DNA of 63,331 bases, the filler included, from Globobulimina sp. (lineage: Eukaryota): NCBI GenBank assembly GCA_003354225.1. It is 37 parts of 37 records of this genome, joined end to end, with 100 filler letters (N's around TTAATTAATTAA, not from the genome) between each part and the next. Parts side by side here need not be neighbours in the genome. Positions count along the whole stretch, not along the records: positions 60,006 to 61,618 come from PIVH01014111.1; positions 61,719 to 63,331 come from PIVH01014112.1; 35 more parts are not named here. One strand, given 5' to 3'. Positions 61,014-63,331 of this stretch are shown here, in pieces (the stretch's first letter is position 1; each line of letters starts with the position of its first letter). The notes below the pieces were generated by a model that saw only the letters and a program-made list of their open reading frames with translations, was not told the DNA's origin and did no database searches. The position numbers and the translations under genes were made by a program.

Positions 61014-61718
61014 GCTGGTTAGCGTTGTTTTAAAAAAAAGTTAAGTAAAAAAAAAGCATATATCTACATGCCACACTGCCAGTCACTGTAATATCGATCC
61101 AAAATTGGTCGGCAACGCTGGAAATGGTGGATCAGTTCTATGACGTAACACATGTAACCGCAATATCCATATGTGAGAATGCAAGCGTTTTTGGAGCAAC
61201 AACAACAATAAAAAAATAACCCAATATATCGCATTCCCACACAAATAATATAAAATATATATAATGTATATTGGAATGATAGAAAGGCTCAGAAACAGAA
61301 TATTGGGAGTTTCGTTTATATTTAATTCCCATACAAATGCTTGTTGGTACTGGCATTGTGGAAAGGGAATGGTTTTTGTATCAGATTCAGCGCCGATTTT
61401 GGATTAAACTTATTACAGTGACTGGTTTTAGCCTTTTAGCTAAAACTACAAAAACAAAAAATACTTTTTATTTAGAATCGTTAATTGGTGATGGCGGAGC
61501 ATCAGAAACCACATCCAAACGATAATAAAACTACCATTGATTTTAATTTCTTTTTAAACGACGAAATAAATGACAGCAATAACTGCGCAGTGAGTGAATG
61601 CAAAGCGGTTCAAAGAGTNNNNNNNNNNNNNNNNNNNNNNNNNNNNNNNNNNNNNNNNNNNNTTAATTAATTAANNNNNNNNNNNNNNNNNNNNNNNNNN
61701 NNNNNNNNNNNNNNNNNN

Positions 61719-61906
61719 CTGAAATTCATGTACAAAACTCGTTTCTGAAATTCATGTACAAAACTCGTTTCTGAAATTCATGTACAAAACTCGTTTCTGA
61801 AATTCATGTACAAAATTCGTTTCTGAAATTCATGTACAAAATTCGTTTCTGAAATTCATGTACAAAATTCGTTTCTGAAATTCATTTACAAAACTCGTTT
61901 CTGAAA
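61719..61906. repeat. 26-bp satellite (CTGAAATTCATGTACAAAAYTCGTTT), ~7 copies
   Basis: Direct tandem copies. Confidence 0.97.
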
Positions 61907-61920
61907 GTAGTACTTTTTGC

Positions 61921-62010
61921 TTTGTTTTGTTTTGTTGTTTTGTTTTGTCTCTAACTTAAGTACTACTTTTAAAAGATAGAGACAAAACAAAACAACAAAA
62001 CAAAACAAAT
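61921..62010. repeat. Hairpin with 33-bp perfect arms built from TTTTG/CAAAA units
   Basis: TTTGTTTTGTTTTGTTGTTTTGTTTTGTCTCTA and its reverse complement. Confidence 0.85.
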
Positions 62011-62357
62011 CTATTTTTGAAAATACCACAATAAGGGTCTATCGACCCAATTAATTGACCATATTTTATTTCGTATTGAAAACAGTTTTTTTTTTGAGTT
62101 AGTAGCTGATGGATTTATAAGTTGCTGATTTTTTTTATGCGAATATGCGTAGTTATTTTTTAATTTTTATCCTTGCACTTCTTGCGAAATGGTGATTTGA
62201 GATGAACCAAATTAGCATATTTTTTTTGCTGACTAATCATAAATTTTTTCGCTGACTAATCAAAATATTTTTTATTTTCTGGAATTTTCTTAATCAGAAT
62301 TTTCTAGAAATTTCTTAAAAAACAAAATCAGAATTTTCTGGAAATTTCTTAAAAATT

Positions 62358-62493
62358 TCGTTTCCTGAAAAATTCATATACAAAATTCGTTTCTGAAATT
62401 CATGTACAAAATTAGTCTCTGAAATTCATGTACAAAATTTGTTTCTGAAAATCATGTACAAAATTGGTTTCTGAAATTCATGTACAAAATTCG
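62358..62493. repeat. Second, more diverged block of the 26-bp satellite (~5 copies)
   Basis: Same unit, same orientation. Confidence 0.9.
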
Positions 62494-62515
62494 GGAAACA
62501 CTGCTCAATATCGGA

Positions 62516-63200
62516 CTATACCGAAAAAACCGGATTTTTTATTTCCCACCGTGAATAAATAAAATCAACAATATAATTATAAGCGTCACTGGTGGCTTTG
62601 CCAGGCAGTGATGCACAATTATTTGGATGTATGATATCTGCTTTAACCACATGATCAATTATCTTCAAATTCCAACAAATTTCATATAATTTCTTCGTAA
62701 ATCCCATTAATGTTAATTCTCGTGCAGTTTTCACGTCATGTGGGTCGCGACCATTTTTTAATATCGGCTTTACATAACCCAATTTATGCAGCACAGGAAA
62801 GTATTCTTTGCGGAAAAACAAATTGAAATAATCCTTCAAAAAATGGACCCAAGTAATCAAATAATTTAATATGCAGTCCCGGTCCATGGTTGCACTCACG
62901 ATTCATTAATCTGTAGGCAGACTGAACTAAATTATCAGTAAACCGCTTCTGTAATTCCTTATTAAGTTCGTTGATTTTAACATTGTGTAGCCTCGGGTTT
63001 GGGATATTGTGCGGTTTCACCGTATCGTGTTTTGGATAAATATTATTCTGGTATTCTGGTATTGCGCATATATGTTCGCTTTAGCGTGGTTACAATATAT
63101 TTTTTGTATCTGATTCAGTATCATCGTATTTTAGATCACCGTCATCGTTATTCGCTCCGCTTCGATTGCTACTGAGATACAGTAGTGTTCCCGATAAGAT
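62516..63200 (-). pseudogene. Degenerate non-LTR retrotransposon RT fragment (frameshifted)
   Basis: HGPG in one frame; FPVLHKLGYVKPILKNGRDP...RELTL...KKLYE...LPGKATSDA in another. Confidence 0.75.
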
Positions 63201-63331
63201 ATACGCATATGAGTACAGGGTTAACTCCTATAAGACGCAGAATCATATATTCAGATATGATTTATGAAATAAAGGGGATCTCGTCCGAGATAATGAATTA
63301 TGTATGACTATGAAAAATAATTAAAAATCAT

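Noticed and set aside
283..61525. Numerous short antisense or nested ORFs in the track (e.g. 283-585, 26311-26703, 60502-60873)
   Set aside because: Shadows of real genes or of low-complexity DNA; no motifs
1617..61718. Regularly spaced TTAATTAATTAA as a biological repeat, and ORFs ending in X...LIN
   Set aside because: Artificial linker embedded in N runs
61719..61906. CRISPR array or telomere
   Set aside because: Head-to-tail 26-mers with no spacers; not a G-rich telomeric unit

Overview
This window is not one locus. It is 37 unrelated contigs of about 1.61 kb, sorted by decreasing length (1616 to 1613 bp) and joined by an artificial 100-bp linker (N44-TTAATTAATTAA-N44, stops in all six frames). 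Gene adjacency across linkers therefore has no meaning, and most genes are truncated. The content is an AT-rich eukaryotic nuclear genome with the standard code and short GT-AG introns. The family mix (7TM-RGS, caspase-like, RING/TRAF, MATH-SAM, WW-myosin, MMPL, GPI-type Cys-rich surface proteins) suggests a protist, most likely a foraminiferan (Rhizaria); this is inference. Recognisable genes: adenylate kinase, MOT1/BTAF1, copine, ValRS, M28 peptidase, USP, PP2C, D-cysteine desulfhydrase-like, GH16, myosin, ISCU, RBR ligase and tRNA-Ala(CGC). Mobile DNA: two LINE fragments, a decayed DIRS/Ngaro-like retroelement, several MITEs/foldbacks and a satellite. No multi-gene novel system can be supported. 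The best leads are a Cys-less caspase-like protein and other pseudo-enzymes, a bacterial beta-barrel segment fused in frame to a 7TM gene (probable amplification chimera), an ambiguous intron-containing tRNA-like gene, and a phased ACGT-palindrome foldback array.
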